DNA of 64,000 bases from Dehalococcoidia bacterium (GCA_963662615.2 CAXXSR010000002.1:128001-192000); one strand, 5' to 3'; shown: positions 1-9,302, counted from the first letter of the stretch. A program made the numbers and translations. The notes: a model not told the origin generated them from the sequence alone.

Positions 1-213
<213 letters not shown>

Positions 214-258
214 CTAGGGCGGCGCGCGCCTAGGCTCGCGGCCGGCCTGCGGCGGGAT

Positions 259-556
259 CAGGGTGAACGGAGGGGGCCTCACCCCCCGGCCCCCTCTCCA
301 TCGGTGAGCGATGGAGAGGGGGGGTGCGTTCGTCCTTCGACAAGCTCCTTCCGCGGGGGGAGGGACAGGTCAGGACGAACGGGCGGAGTGGCCCTTCGAC
401 CCTTCGACAGGCTCAGGGCAGGCAGGCTCAGGACGAACGGGCGAGGTGACCCTTCGACAAGCTCAGGGTGAGCGGAGGACCTCACCCCCGGCCCCCTCTC
501 CATCCTTCCTCGGAAGGATGGAGAGGGGGAGTGTTCGTCCTTCGACCCTTCGACGG
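259..556. repeat. Composite REP-like cluster 1 (type A CCCCCTCTCCAT..ATGGAGAGGGGG hairpins plus type B CCTTCGACA(A/G)GCTCAGG units)
   Basis: Type A at 277-324 and 480-529; several type B units 328-556; the same motifs recur at 8903-9037 and 16601-16878. Confidence 0.9.
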
Positions 557-557
557 A

Positions 558-1148
558 CTAGTCGCTGGTGAACGGCAGGGCGCCATCCGGGCGGCGGCCC
601 AGCTGCGCCCGCGCGGCCTCGGCGGCGTGCTCGTCGGCGCTGATGGGGGCGGGCTTGCTGGTGGACGATCCGCGGACCATGGCGACGCGCCCGGTGCGCA
701 CGATCTCGGTGATGCCGTAGGGCCGGAGGAGGCCTTCGAGGGCGTCAACTTTGCCTTCGTCGCCGAGGACCTGCACGATGAGGCTGGCATCACCCACGTC
801 TACGACGTCGGCGCGGAAGACGCCCGCCAGCTCGATAATCTGGCGACGTGCGTCGGGAGCGCAGGCCACCTTTATCAGCGCCAGCTCGCGATCCACCATG
901 GGTTGATCGGTGATGTTGACGACGGAGGCGACCTCGATCAGCTTGAAGAGTTGCCGCTCGACCTGCTGGACGGTGTGGCCGTCGCCCTCGACGACAATGG
1001 TCATTCGGCTGAGGCCGGGCTCGTCGGAGTGGCCCACGGTGAGGCTCTCAATGTTGAAGCCGCGCCGGCGGAAGAGGGAGGCGACCCGGGCCAGGACGCC
1101 GGGGCGGTCCTCCACGTGCGCGACGATGGTGTTGCGGGACGCCATCAT
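558..1148 (-). CDS. ilvN: Acetolactate synthase small (regulatory) subunit
   Basis: ACT domain EDRPGVLARVASLFRRRGFNIESL, RELALIKV, EIVRTG; directly downstream of ilvB. Confidence 0.96.
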   Translation of the reverse strand: MMASRNTIVAHVEDRPGVLARVASLFRRRGFNIESLTVGHSDEPGLSRMTIVVEGDGHTVQQVERQLFKLIEVASVVNITDQPMVDRELALIKVACAPDARRQIIELAGVFRADVVDVGDASLIVQVLGDEGKVDALEGLLRPYGITEIVRTGRVAMVRGSSTSKPAPISADEHAAEAARAQLGRRPDGALPFTSD

Positions 1149-1179
1149 GTTCCCCTTGCAGAGGTGGTGGTAGGCGCGA

Positions 1180-2859
1180 TCATATTTCGCTCGCCGATTC
1201 GACGGTCTCGGAGAGAGAGGCGCCGGCGGGCACCATGGGCCAGACGTTCTCTTCGTCTACGACGCGGAAGTCCATGACGACCGGCCCGGGATGGGCGATG
1301 GCTTCTGCGATGGTGTCGCGGGCCTCGTTGCGGGTGGTGGCGCGCAGCCCTTTGATGCCGTAGGCGTCGGCGAGCTTGACGAAGTCAGGCTGGTCCAGCT
1401 GAGCGGACTGCAGGTTGTTCTGGTAGAAGAGCTCCTGCCACTGGCGGATCATGCCGAGGTGGAGGTTGTTGAAGATGGCGAGCTTCACGGGCAAGTTGTG
1501 CTCATGGATGGTCTGCAGCTCCTGGCAGGTCATCTGGAAGCCGCCGTCGCCGCAGAACGCCCAGACCGGCTCCTGGCGGGCGAACTGCGCGCCCATGGCG
1601 GCGGGCACCTCATAGCCCATGGTGCCGAGGCCGCCGCTGGTCACCCACTGCCGCGGCCGCGTGAAGCCGTAATGCTGGGCCGCCCACATTTGGTGCTGCC
1701 CGACGCCGGTAACGATGGTCGCTTGGCTCTCGGTGGCGGCGGCGATGGCCTGGACGAGCCAGGGGCTGCTGATGTCGGTGCCCTCGGTGACGTAGTCGGT
1801 GGGGTGTTCGGCCTTGAGCGCGTCGATCCAGGCGATCCAGTCGGGGTGCTGGGCCGGCTGCAGGAGGGGGTTGAGCTTTTTCAGCGTCTCGCGCACGTCG
1901 CCCTGGATGGGGGCGTGAGTGACGAAGTTCTTGCCGAGCTCGGCGGGGTCGATGTCGATGTGGATGATCTTGGCGCCGGGGTTGAAGTCCTTGAAGCGGC
2001 CCATGGCGCGGTCGTCGAAGCGCATGCCGATGCCCAGGACGACGTCGGCTTTATCGGCGGCCATGTTGCAGTAGTAGTGGCCGTGCATGCCCATGAAGCC
2101 GTAGGCGAGTCGGTGGTCCTCCGGGAATCCGGAGATCCCCAGCAGCGTGGTGAGGACGGGGATGTCGGCTTTCTCCGCGAGCTGCAAGAGCTCCGCGGTG
2201 GCGCCGGACTGGATCACCCCGTGGCCCGCCAGAATGATGGGCTTGGCGCTCTGATTAATGAGTTCGGCGGCGCACTCAACCTCGGCGTCGAGGGGGCGGT
2301 CGACGATGGGGTAGCCGCGCAAGTGGACGCTGGTGGGGTAGCCGTCAAAGTCGGCCTCCTCCAGGAAAACGTCCTTGGGGATGTCCACCAGCACCGGGCC
2401 CTTGCGGCCCGTAGAGGCGATGTGGAACGCCTCCTTGACGGACTGGGCAATTTCGCTAGCGCGCATCACAAGGTAGTTGTGCTTGGTGATGGGCAGAGTG
2501 ATGCCGGTGATGTCTGCCTCTTGGAAGCCGTCGCGGCCGAGGAGGTCGCGGGCGACGTTGCCGGTGAGGGCGACGATGGGAATGGAATCCATGTAGGCCG
2601 AGCAGATACCGGTGACGAGGTTGGTGGCGCCGGGCCCGGAGGTGGCGAGGCAGACGCCGGTGCGGCCGCTGACGCGGGCGTAGGCGTCGGCGGCATGGGC
2701 CGCGGCCTGCTCATGGCGGACGAGGACGTGCTTGATCTGCGGGTAGAGGCTGAACTTGTGATAGAGGGGCAAGACCACGCCGCCGGGATAGCCGAAGACG
2801 AGGTCCACGCCCTCGGCGTCGAGACACTCCAGGAGGATCTCCGCACCGCTGAGTTTCAT
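1180..2859 (-). CDS. ilvB: Acetolactate synthase large subunit
   Basis: FGYPGG, RHEQAAAHAAD, TSGPGATN, TPP motif GDGGFQM..NN..LGMIRQWQ. Confidence 0.97.
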   Translation of the reverse strand: MKLSGAEILLECLDAEGVDLVFGYPGGVVLPLYHKFSLYPQIKHVLVRHEQAAAHAADAYARVSGRTGVCLATSGPGATNLVTGICSAYMDSIPIVALTGNVARDLLGRDGFQEADITGITLPITKHNYLVMRASEIAQSVKEAFHIASTGRKGPVLVDIPKDVFLEEADFDGYPTSVHLRGYPIVDRPLDAEVECAAELINQSAKPIILAGHGVIQSGATAELLQLAEKADIPVLTTLLGISGFPEDHRLAYGFMGMHGHYYCNMAADKADVVLGIGMRFDDRAMGRFKDFNPGAKIIHIDIDPAELGKNFVTHAPIQGDVRETLKKLNPLLQPAQHPDWIAWIDALKAEHPTDYVTEGTDISSPWLVQAIAAATESQATIVTGVGQHQMWAAQHYGFTRPRQWVTSGGLGTMGYEVPAAMGAQFARQEPVWAFCGDGGFQMTCQELQTIHEHNLPVKLAIFNNLHLGMIRQWQELFYQNNLQSAQLDQPDFVKLADAYGIKGLRATTRNEARDTIAEAIAHPGPVVMDFRVVDEENVWPMVPAGASLSETVESASEI

Positions 2860-3188
2860 GATGCCCTCTCCGCGACGGGTGGATCGTGCCGTCGCTTCAT
2901 TGTCTGGGGTCCTGAGATGAAGGGGAACGCGCGAGCCGTACGTTCTTCAGGCCGCGCGGTTTCGGCCTCCTCGGGACGCGGACTTTAGCGTCCGAGAAGG
3001 GCGGCGGAGCGTCCTACGAGACGCGGGTGCGCCGAGAGCGTGGCTCCTGGCGCGCGCGAAGTCGCCTCCACAGTGGATCGACGCGAGAGCGTGGGCATGT
3101 CGGGCCCGTTCCGCTTGGCCGGTCGATTGAACACAGGAACCATGGTAGCGCACCGCGAGCGGATACCGCGAGAGGCGGGAACGCCAGC

Positions 3189-3237
3189 CTTAGCTCCAGC
3201 CGCTGCTGCGGGCTTAGCTCCAGCCGCTGCTGCGGGC
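3189..3237. repeat. 24-bp tandem duplication spanning the stop codon of the geranylgeranyl-reductase-family gene
   Basis: CTTAGCTCCAGCCGCTGCTGCGGG x2. Confidence 0.9.
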
Positions 3238-4386
3238 AACACCGCGCTGGGCGTACCAGGCAGCGGCGTCGACAGCGGCGGCGAGCGGTCCCAGCCGCGC
3301 TTTGAAGCCGACGTAGGTCGCGTCGCCTGTGACAATCTGGCAGAACGTGCGCCAGAAGCGCTGGGAGCGGTGCAGCATTTGGACGTAGGGCCAGGGCTGC
3401 TGGTGGAAGAGCGCTTGGAGCTGGCGCGAGACGCGAAGCTGGGGCTCGATCTGCGCTTCCAGCTCCCGCTGATAGCCGGCCAAGTCGGGGACCGCGCCCT
3501 GGAGGAGCCGGGCGATCTCCGTGGCGGCGAGCGCGCCCGAGCGAATGGCGGTGCCAATGCCCTCCCCGGAGAGGGGGTCGACCAGGCCGGCGGCGTCGCC
3601 GACGAAGGCGACCGGACCAACGGCGACGGTGGCGCCGGGGTCGCGGAGGGGGAGGTGATGGCCGCGGTGGTCGCGGAGGTGGTCGGGGTCAATTCCGGCA
3701 GCGACTACGTAGTCGTTGAGGGCGCGGCGGAGGGAGGGGCCGGCGACGGGCCAGCCGCCCACGCCGACGTTGCAGTGATCGGCCTTGGGGAAGATCCAGC
3801 CGTAGCCGCCGGGCAGGGAGCCGAGATCCAGTTCGATGGCGTCCCGGCAAGACGCGGGCACGCCTTGGACGTTGGCCTCCAGCGCGACGGCACGACGAAG
3901 GGGCGGAAGCCCCAAGGCGGGGCGGACGGCACCGTTGGCGCCGTCCGCGGCGACGGCGGCGCGCGCGGTGACGGCGTCACCGCCGTTGAAGCGGACGGTC
4001 ACGCCGCCGTCCTGCAGCTCCACGCCGGCGACCGCACGGCCGTCCTGGAAGCGGGCGCCGGCGCGCTCCGCCTGCTGCACGAGGAAGGCGTCAAGGCGGG
4101 CGCGTTGCGTCATCAGGGCCAGGGGGCGGTCGAATTGATGTGCGAATCGGTAGCGTCGCTTGTAGCGAACACGGAAGCCGGTGACCACGCGCTCGGTGAC
4201 GGGGTCAAGGGAAAAGGGGAGCTGCGCGGCGGCGCTGACCAGAACGCCGCCACCGCAGGGCTTGTGGCGCGGAAAGGTGGCGCGGTCCAGCAAGAGGACG
4301 CGGGCGTTGCCAGTGGCCAGTTCGCGGGCGGCGGTGGCGCCGGCGGGCCCGGCGCCGATCACGATGCAGTCGTAGGACGGATTCAT
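3214..4386 (-). CDS. Geranylgeranyl reductase-family FAD-dependent oxidoreductase
   Basis: MNPSYDCIVIGAGPAG, PRHKPCGGG, GYGWIFPK, GDAAGLVDPLSGEGI; ATG 4386 overlaps the plsY-like stop (ATGA). Confidence 0.88.
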   Translation of the reverse strand: MNPSYDCIVIGAGPAGATAARELATGNARVLLLDRATFPRHKPCGGGVLVSAAAQLPFSLDPVTERVVTGFRVRYKRRYRFAHQFDRPLALMTQRARLDAFLVQQAERAGARFQDGRAVAGVELQDGGVTVRFNGGDAVTARAAVAADGANGAVRPALGLPPLRRAVALEANVQGVPASCRDAIELDLGSLPGGYGWIFPKADHCNVGVGGWPVAGPSLRRALNDYVVAAGIDPDHLRDHRGHHLPLRDPGATVAVGPVAFVGDAAGLVDPLSGEGIGTAIRSGALAATEIARLLQGAVPDLAGYQRELEAQIEPQLRVSRQLQALFHQQPWPYVQMLHRSQRFWRTFCQIVTGDATYVGFKARLGPLAAAVDAAAWYAQRGVARSSGWS

Positions 4387-5057
4387 ATGCCGGGGCTCGC
4401 CGATTCCGGCGTTCGCCCTGAGCCTGTCGGAGGGCGAACGGAGTCGCTGTGGCGGCGTCGCTGGAGGCGGCGTCGCTGGAGGCGGCGTCGCTGGAGACGG
4501 TCGAAGGCGGCCTTCAAGCCCGCGAGGACGGGGGCCGAGAAGCAGAAGGCGATCACGGCCGCGTCCTGATGGAAGGCGATGGCGAGGAAGGGGAGAGGCG
4601 CTACCACGAGCAGGATGCCCAGTTCGGCGCGGCGGAGAAGCATGAAGGCAGCAGCGCCGACGGCGAATGTGAGCCCGAATTGCCAGGGCAGAAATGCGCC
4701 CGCGGCCCCCAGGGAGGTCGCGGCGGCGCGCCCGCCGTGGAAGCGCAGCCAGACGGGGAACATGTGGCCGAGCATGACGGTGTAGCCCGCCGCCAGCCAC
4801 CAACCGAGAGGGACGTCAAGCCAGCGCGCGATGGAGACGGCGAGCAAGCCCTTGCCAACGTCGAGGAGGAGGGCGACGTGGCCTGACCACCACCCGGCGC
4901 CGGCGTGGAGGGCGCTGGCGGAGCCGACGTTGCCGTCGCCGACGCGGCGCAAGTCCAGCCCGGTGCGCCAGTAGCAGATGAGCCAGGTGGTCGGGACGGA
5001 GCCGATCAGGTAGGCGAGCGCGATGGTCAGGGTTTCGTTCATGGGCGGACCGATCAT
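4383..5057 (-). CDS. plsY: PlsY-family glycerol-3-phosphate acyltransferase (divergent)
   Basis: AYLIGSVP, DLRRVGDGNVG, DVGKG, GHMFPVWLRFHGG; multiple TM helices; C-terminal HxxN motif not seen. Confidence 0.78.
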   Translation of the reverse strand: MIGPPMNETLTIALAYLIGSVPTTWLICYWRTGLDLRRVGDGNVGSASALHAGAGWWSGHVALLLDVGKGLLAVSIARWLDVPLGWWLAAGYTVMLGHMFPVWLRFHGGRAAATSLGAAGAFLPWQFGLTFAVGAAAFMLLRRAELGILLVVAPLPFLAIAFHQDAAVIAFCFSAPVLAGLKAAFDRLQRRRLQRRRLQRRRHSDSVRPPTGSGRTPESASPGI

Positions 5058-5193
5058 GCCACGACGGGGCCGCTGGGCACAGGCCGCCGCGAGGTCCGAC
5101 GCCCTGCGGCGGTGTGACAGGGGAGCGCGATGGCGTAGCGGCCGCCTAGCAGCCGCCTAGCGGCCGGAGGCGCGCTGCCCGGGAGGGGCCCCG

Positions 5194-6147
5194 CTAGCTC
5201 TGCACTTGCGCGGAGACGGAGTGCTGGGCGTAGACGGGCGTGACCCAGTGCTCGTAACGGGCGAGCCGTCCTTGGATGGCGTCGAAGAAGAGCTTCTGCA
5301 GTTGCGCCGAGATCGTGCCGATGCCGCCATGGCCCACCTTGCGATTGTCGACTTCGAGGATGGGGGTGACGTGGGCGGCGGTGCCGGTCATGAAGACTTC
5401 GTCGGCGATGTAGAGCTCACTGCGATCGAGGCTGCGTTCGACCGTCCGCAGCCCCAACTCCGTGGCGGCAAGCTCGATCACCGTCGCGCGGGTGATGCCG
5501 ACGAGGATGTTGTCTTGGCTGGGAGGGGTATAGAGGACGCCGTCCTGGACGAGGAAGATGTTCTCGCCGCTGCCCTCGGAGACGTGGCCGTCGTTGTTGA
5601 GCATGATGGCCTCGTCGAAGCCGTGGTGGTTGGCCTCGGTCTTAGCGAGGGCGGAGTTGATGTAGATGCCGGTGACCTTGGCACGGGCGGGGATGGCAGT
5701 GTCATCCACACGCCGCCAGGAGGAGGTGCAGCAGCGAATGCCGGCGTCCAGGTCGAGATAGGCGCCGAAGGGGCTGGCGAAGATGAGGAAGTCTTCCTCC
5801 ACATCGTGGAGGCGGACGCCGAGCACCTCCTGCGACTTGTAGACGATGGGGCGGACGTAGAGATCCTCGTGGTAGCCGGTCTTGGCCACGAGTTCACGGG
5901 TGATCTTGTCCATCTCGTCGTCGCTGTAGCGGATCTCCATCATCAACACGCGCGCCGAGCGGCGCAGGCGGCGGTAGTGATCGCCCATGCGGAAGAGGTA
6001 GAGCTGCTCCTGCTCATCGTTCCAGTTGGCCCGGATCCCCTCGAAGACGGCGGTGCCGTAATTGAAGGCGTGGGTCATGACGCTGATCTTGGCGTCGGCG
6101 AGCGGCATGATCTCGCCATGGAGGAAGGCGTAGGGGGTGGGGGGCAT
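5194..6147 (-). CDS. ilvE: Branched-chain amino acid aminotransferase
   Basis: NYGTAVFEGIRA, AKVTGIY (PLP Lys), EGSGENIF, ILVGITR, GTAAHVTP. Confidence 0.95.
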   Translation of the reverse strand: MPPTPYAFLHGEIMPLADAKISVMTHAFNYGTAVFEGIRANWNDEQEQLYLFRMGDHYRRLRRSARVLMMEIRYSDDEMDKITRELVAKTGYHEDLYVRPIVYKSQEVLGVRLHDVEEDFLIFASPFGAYLDLDAGIRCCTSSWRRVDDTAIPARAKVTGIYINSALAKTEANHHGFDEAIMLNNDGHVSEGSGENIFLVQDGVLYTPPSQDNILVGITRATVIELAATELGLRTVERSLDRSELYIADEVFMTGTAAHVTPILEVDNRKVGHGGIGTISAQLQKLFFDAIQGRLARYEHWVTPVYAQHSVSAQVQS

Positions 6148-6177
6148 GAGGCGCGCGCTCCTTTCGAAGGCAGCGCC

Positions 6178-6183
6178 ATTATA
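6178..6183 (-). promoter_or_regulatory. Putative -10 box (TATAAT) for ilvE
   Basis: Consensus TATAAT on the minus strand ~30 bp upstream of the ilvE ATG in a GC-rich background. Confidence 0.6.
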
Positions 6184-6241
6184 CGGGCGGCAGGCGGCGG
6201 AGGCCGAGCGAAGCGGCCGGTCGTGGGCGGCGGTCGATGGT

Positions 6242-6895
6242 TTAGGCGCGTGGCGCGTCGACGGGCGGCGCAGGCTCGCGCGGCTTGAGCCCCTCCGCCA
6301 TCACATTGAAGGTGGCGCGCGCGATGGACTCCGCTTGGTCGGGGGGCAGGGAGTAGGCGTTGTCGACCAGATGGTCCATGACGCCGTGCAGGAGGGCAGC
6401 GGCCGCTCGAGGATCCACCTCGGGATTGAAGACGCGCTTGCTCTGCAAGGCGCCCACGATCTCTGCGATGAGCCGGTTCACGGATTCAGTGATCTGCCGG
6501 TCGAGCTCGGCGATGTCGGGCTCAGTGCCAGAGCGGACGGCTAGCTGCTGAAAGAACTGCATTGCCTGGGGATGATCTCGATGCCAGTCGAGGATGGCGC
6601 GGTAGGTCGCCAGCAACGACTCCTCCGCTGACTCGGCGCTGATCGCGATCTTGCCGACGAAGGGCATCTCATCGGCGAGCGGGTCCTCCAGGAGCGACTT
6701 TCTGAGCACGGCCAGATACAGCTCGCGCTTTCCTGGAAAGTGGAAAAAGATGCCGCCTCGGGTGAGGCCGGTGGCGGCCTCCAGATCGCGGACGGTGGCG
6801 CCTTCGTAGCCATGTTCCGCGAACACTCCGGCGGCGGCCGTGAGGATCTCGTCGCGGCGGGATTGAGCTTCGTCATCGGTCATTTTGGCAGGCAT
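6242..6895 (-). CDS. TetR/AcrR-family transcriptional regulator
   Basis: HTH ILTAAAGVFAEHGYEGATVRDLEAATGLTRGGIFFHFPGKRELY; GGAGG RBS before ATG 6895; divergent from an MFS gene. Confidence 0.93.
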   Translation of the reverse strand: MPAKMTDDEAQSRRDEILTAAAGVFAEHGYEGATVRDLEAATGLTRGGIFFHFPGKRELYLAVLRKSLLEDPLADEMPFVGKIAISAESAEESLLATYRAILDWHRDHPQAMQFFQQLAVRSGTEPDIAELDRQITESVNRLIAEIVGALQSKRVFNPEVDPRAAAALLHGVMDHLVDNAYSLPPDQAESIARATFNVMAEGLKPREPAPPVDAPRA

Positions 6896-6963
6896 GCCGC
6901 CCCTCCGGTCGCGCTCACTCTTGCCGGCCCCGGAGCGGCAGGGCCCAAGGGGAGCAGGAAGTG

Positions 6964-7111
6964 CCGTACGTTCGTTAGGTATAGTGTACCTGGCTGAGTT
7001 CACGATTATGTCGCTTCTGCCTGGTAGATACCGTACGGATGTTAGCTACTTGATACTTAGATAACGAACGTACGGTATTACTATCCTTCCAACAAGACGT
7101 CCGTACGGTAT
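6964..7111. promoter_or_regulatory. Four putative TetR operators (core CCGTACG/CGTACGG) in an AT-rich divergent promoter region
   Basis: 6964-6977 and 7062-7075 are exact reverse complements (14 bp); 7028-7043 and 7096-7111 are reverse complements at 14/16. Confidence 0.75.
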
Positions 7112-7128
7112 GCAGGGAGGGTAGAGCA

Positions 7129-8775
7129 ATGTCCGTGTCCACGTTCGCGCCAGCGGCCATCGGTACCGGAGCCCCACCCAGCGCTCGTCGCTGGTGGGTG
7201 CTGGCGGTGATGTCGCTGGCGACGCTGATGATCTTCTTGGACAACACGGTCGTGAACACCGCGCTGCCGTCGATCGCGCGGGACCTGAACGCCTCGACAT
7301 CGACGCTGCAGTGGGTGGTCGACTCCTACACGCTGATCCTGGCCGGACTGCTGCTGTTGGGTGGCTCCATAGGGGACCGGTTCGGGCGGCGGCGCTTCTT
7401 CACGGTGGGCATGGTGATCTTCGGTGCGGCCTCGGTGGGCGCGGCGCTGGCCGACAGCTCGGGCGCGCTCATCCTGATGCGCGCGATCCAGGGCGCGGGC
7501 GCGGCGATGGTGCTCCCGGCGACGCTTTCCATCATCACCGACGTCTTCCCTCGGGGCGAGCGCTCGAAGGCGATCGGGATCTGGACCGGGGTCGGCGCGC
7601 TGGGCCTGGGGATCGGGCCGGCGTTCGGCGGCTTCCTGGTCGATGAGTTCAACTGGAACGCGGTCTTCTTCATGCAGCTGCCGATCGTGGCGGCGGCGCT
7701 GATCGGGCTGCGGGTGGTGCCCGAGTCGAAGGACAGCCGTCGCCTGCCGCTAGACCTGCGGGGAGGCCTGCTGGCCACGGGCGGGCTGCTGGCGGTGGTG
7801 TATTCGCTGATTCAAGGCAACGACGCGGGCTGGCTGTCGCGGGAGATCCTGGGTGGCTTCGGGCTGGGGGTAGCGCTACTGGCGGGCTTCGTCGCGGTGG
7901 AGCTGCGCTCGCGGGCGCCGATGTTGCCGCTGCGCTTCTTCCGCCAGCGGGACTTCACCGGGGCGGTGCTGATCATTGGGCTGGTATTCTTTGCAGTCTC
8001 GGCCACGTTCTTCTTCCTGACGCAGTTCTTCCAGATCGTGCAGGAAAAGAGCGCCTTCACGGCCGGCAGCTACCTGCTGCCCATGGCCGCGATGATGATG
8101 GTGGGCGCGCCGATATCGGGCCTGCTCGTCAAGCGGCTGGGCCCGCGGACCATGCTGCTGGCCGCCACAGGCATGGTGGTGTTTGGGCTGGCCTGGCTGG
8201 CGCAGATCGACGCCGACAGCGGCTACGGCACCATTGTGATCGGCCTGATGACGTTCGGGTTCGGCGGCGGCATGGGGCTGGCACCGCTCACGGACACCGT
8301 GATGGCCGCCGTCCCCGTCGATGACGCCGGGATCGGGTCGGCCGTCAACGACGTCAGCCGCGAGCTGGGGGCGACGCTGGGCATCGCCATCACGGGAAGC
8401 GTCGTCAGCAGCCTCTACGCGAGCAGCGTGGAAGACAGCCTGAGGGGCGCCGTGCCTCCGGAGCTGGTGGACACAGTGGGCGAGGGGATCGGGGTGGCGG
8501 CGGTGGCGGCGGAGTCGCTGCCGGCGGACGTGGCGGCGGTCGTGATGGAAGCGGCGAACGGCGCCTTCGTGGATGCCTTCACGACGGGGCTGTGGATCAG
8601 CGCCGGGTTCATGGCGGCGGCGGCGGTGGTGTCGCTGCTGATGCTGCCGCGCCGGATGCGGACGCAGCAGGCGGAGCACGAGGCCGGCGACGCGGTGAGT
8701 GAGCCCGCGAACGCGGTAGCGGCTGACGAAGCGGCCGAGCCCGTCGGCGTGGGCGCGCCGGAGGAGGCAGCGTAG
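7129..8775 (+). CDS. DHA2 (EmrB/QacA-like) MFS efflux transporter
   Basis: LDNTVVNTALPSI, WVVDSY, motif A GSIGDRFGRRR, RAIQGAG, GPAFGG; ~14 TM. Confidence 0.94.
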   Translation: MSVSTFAPAAIGTGAPPSARRWWVLAVMSLATLMIFLDNTVVNTALPSIARDLNASTSTLQWVVDSYTLILAGLLLLGGSIGDRFGRRRFFTVGMVIFGAASVGAALADSSGALILMRAIQGAGAAMVLPATLSIITDVFPRGERSKAIGIWTGVGALGLGIGPAFGGFLVDEFNWNAVFFMQLPIVAAALIGLRVVPESKDSRRLPLDLRGGLLATGGLLAVVYSLIQGNDAGWLSREILGGFGLGVALLAGFVAVELRSRAPMLPLRFFRQRDFTGAVLIIGLVFFAVSATFFFLTQFFQIVQEKSAFTAGSYLLPMAAMMMVGAPISGLLVKRLGPRTMLLAATGMVVFGLAWLAQIDADSGYGTIVIGLMTFGFGGGMGLAPLTDTVMAAVPVDDAGIGSAVNDVSRELGATLGIAITGSVVSSLYASSVEDSLRGAVPPELVDTVGEGIGVAAVAAESLPADVAAVVMEAANGAFVDAFTTGLWISAGFMAAAAVVSLLMLPRRMRTQQAEHEAGDAVSEPANAVAADEAAEPVGVGAPEEAA

Positions 8776-8780
8776 GGCGC

Positions 8781-8895
8781 TTTTTGGCGAGCGCGGAGGA
8801 CGCTAGGGTGACGGGCGCGGATGGGGATTCCGCGATGGTGGTCGGTTTCTTGCGCGATGCTGCGTCGGCTTTTTCACGGGTGCGAAGGGCGGGCG
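8781..8895 (+). repeat. Degenerate copy of the tRNA-Ser-associated repeat (type C)
   Basis: TTTTTGGCGAGCGCGGAGGACGC...GGGGATTCCGCGATGG...GCGCGATGCT...TTTTTCACGGGTGCGAAGGGCGGG resembles 19069-19195. Confidence 0.6.
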
Positions 8896-8902
8896 GGCGG
8901 GG

Positions 8903-9037
8903 GCGAACGGAAGGGACCCCACCCCCCGGCCCCCTCTCCATCGGTAAGCGATGGAGAGGGGGGGTTCGTCCTTCGACAAGCTCAGGATGAACGGGGCGGG
9001 CCTGCGGCGAGCTCCTTCGGCGGGCTGAGGGCGAACG
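8903..9037. repeat. Composite REP-like cluster 2
   Basis: Type A hairpin ~8917-8964, type B GTTCGTCCTTCGACAAGCTCAGGATGAAC, and a degenerate type B near 9014-9037. Confidence 0.9.
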
Positions 9038-9089
9038 GCTACGGCACACGAGCGCATACGTTTTGCAGGAAGAGAAGGGATACGGAGTC

Positions 9090-9302
9090 ATGAAAGATCT
9101 GAAACATCGCGTGGCGGAGTTCCCCGTCAATCGCTGGCTGCGATCGACGGCGGTGAACTTTCACGGCTTGCTCATGAAAAACGGCCTGTGTCCCATGGGC
9201 GCCTGGGAGAAGCTGCGCAAGATGGGGGAGCACGAGGCACACACCGACGCGGGCGCCGGGAAGGCGGTCTCCGCGGGCGGCGACGAGCGACGGGCCGCAT
9301 AG
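9090..9302 (+). CDS. Small chimeric ORF or pseudogene containing an 18-codon copy of the nearby SDR gene
   Basis: GGAG RBS before ATG 9090; 9111-9165 matches 12021-12075 at 53/55. Confidence 0.4.
   Translation: MKDLKHRVAEFPVNRWLRSTAVNFHGLLMKNGLCPMGAWEKLRKMGEHEAHTDAGAGKAVSAGGDERRAA

Noticed and set aside
2940-2975. Hammerhead ribozyme (GAAA...CTGAAGA on the minus strand) or a T-box/TPP riboswitch before ilvB
   Set aside because: The required stems and cleavage triplet cannot be formed; no T-box or TPP consensus is seen.
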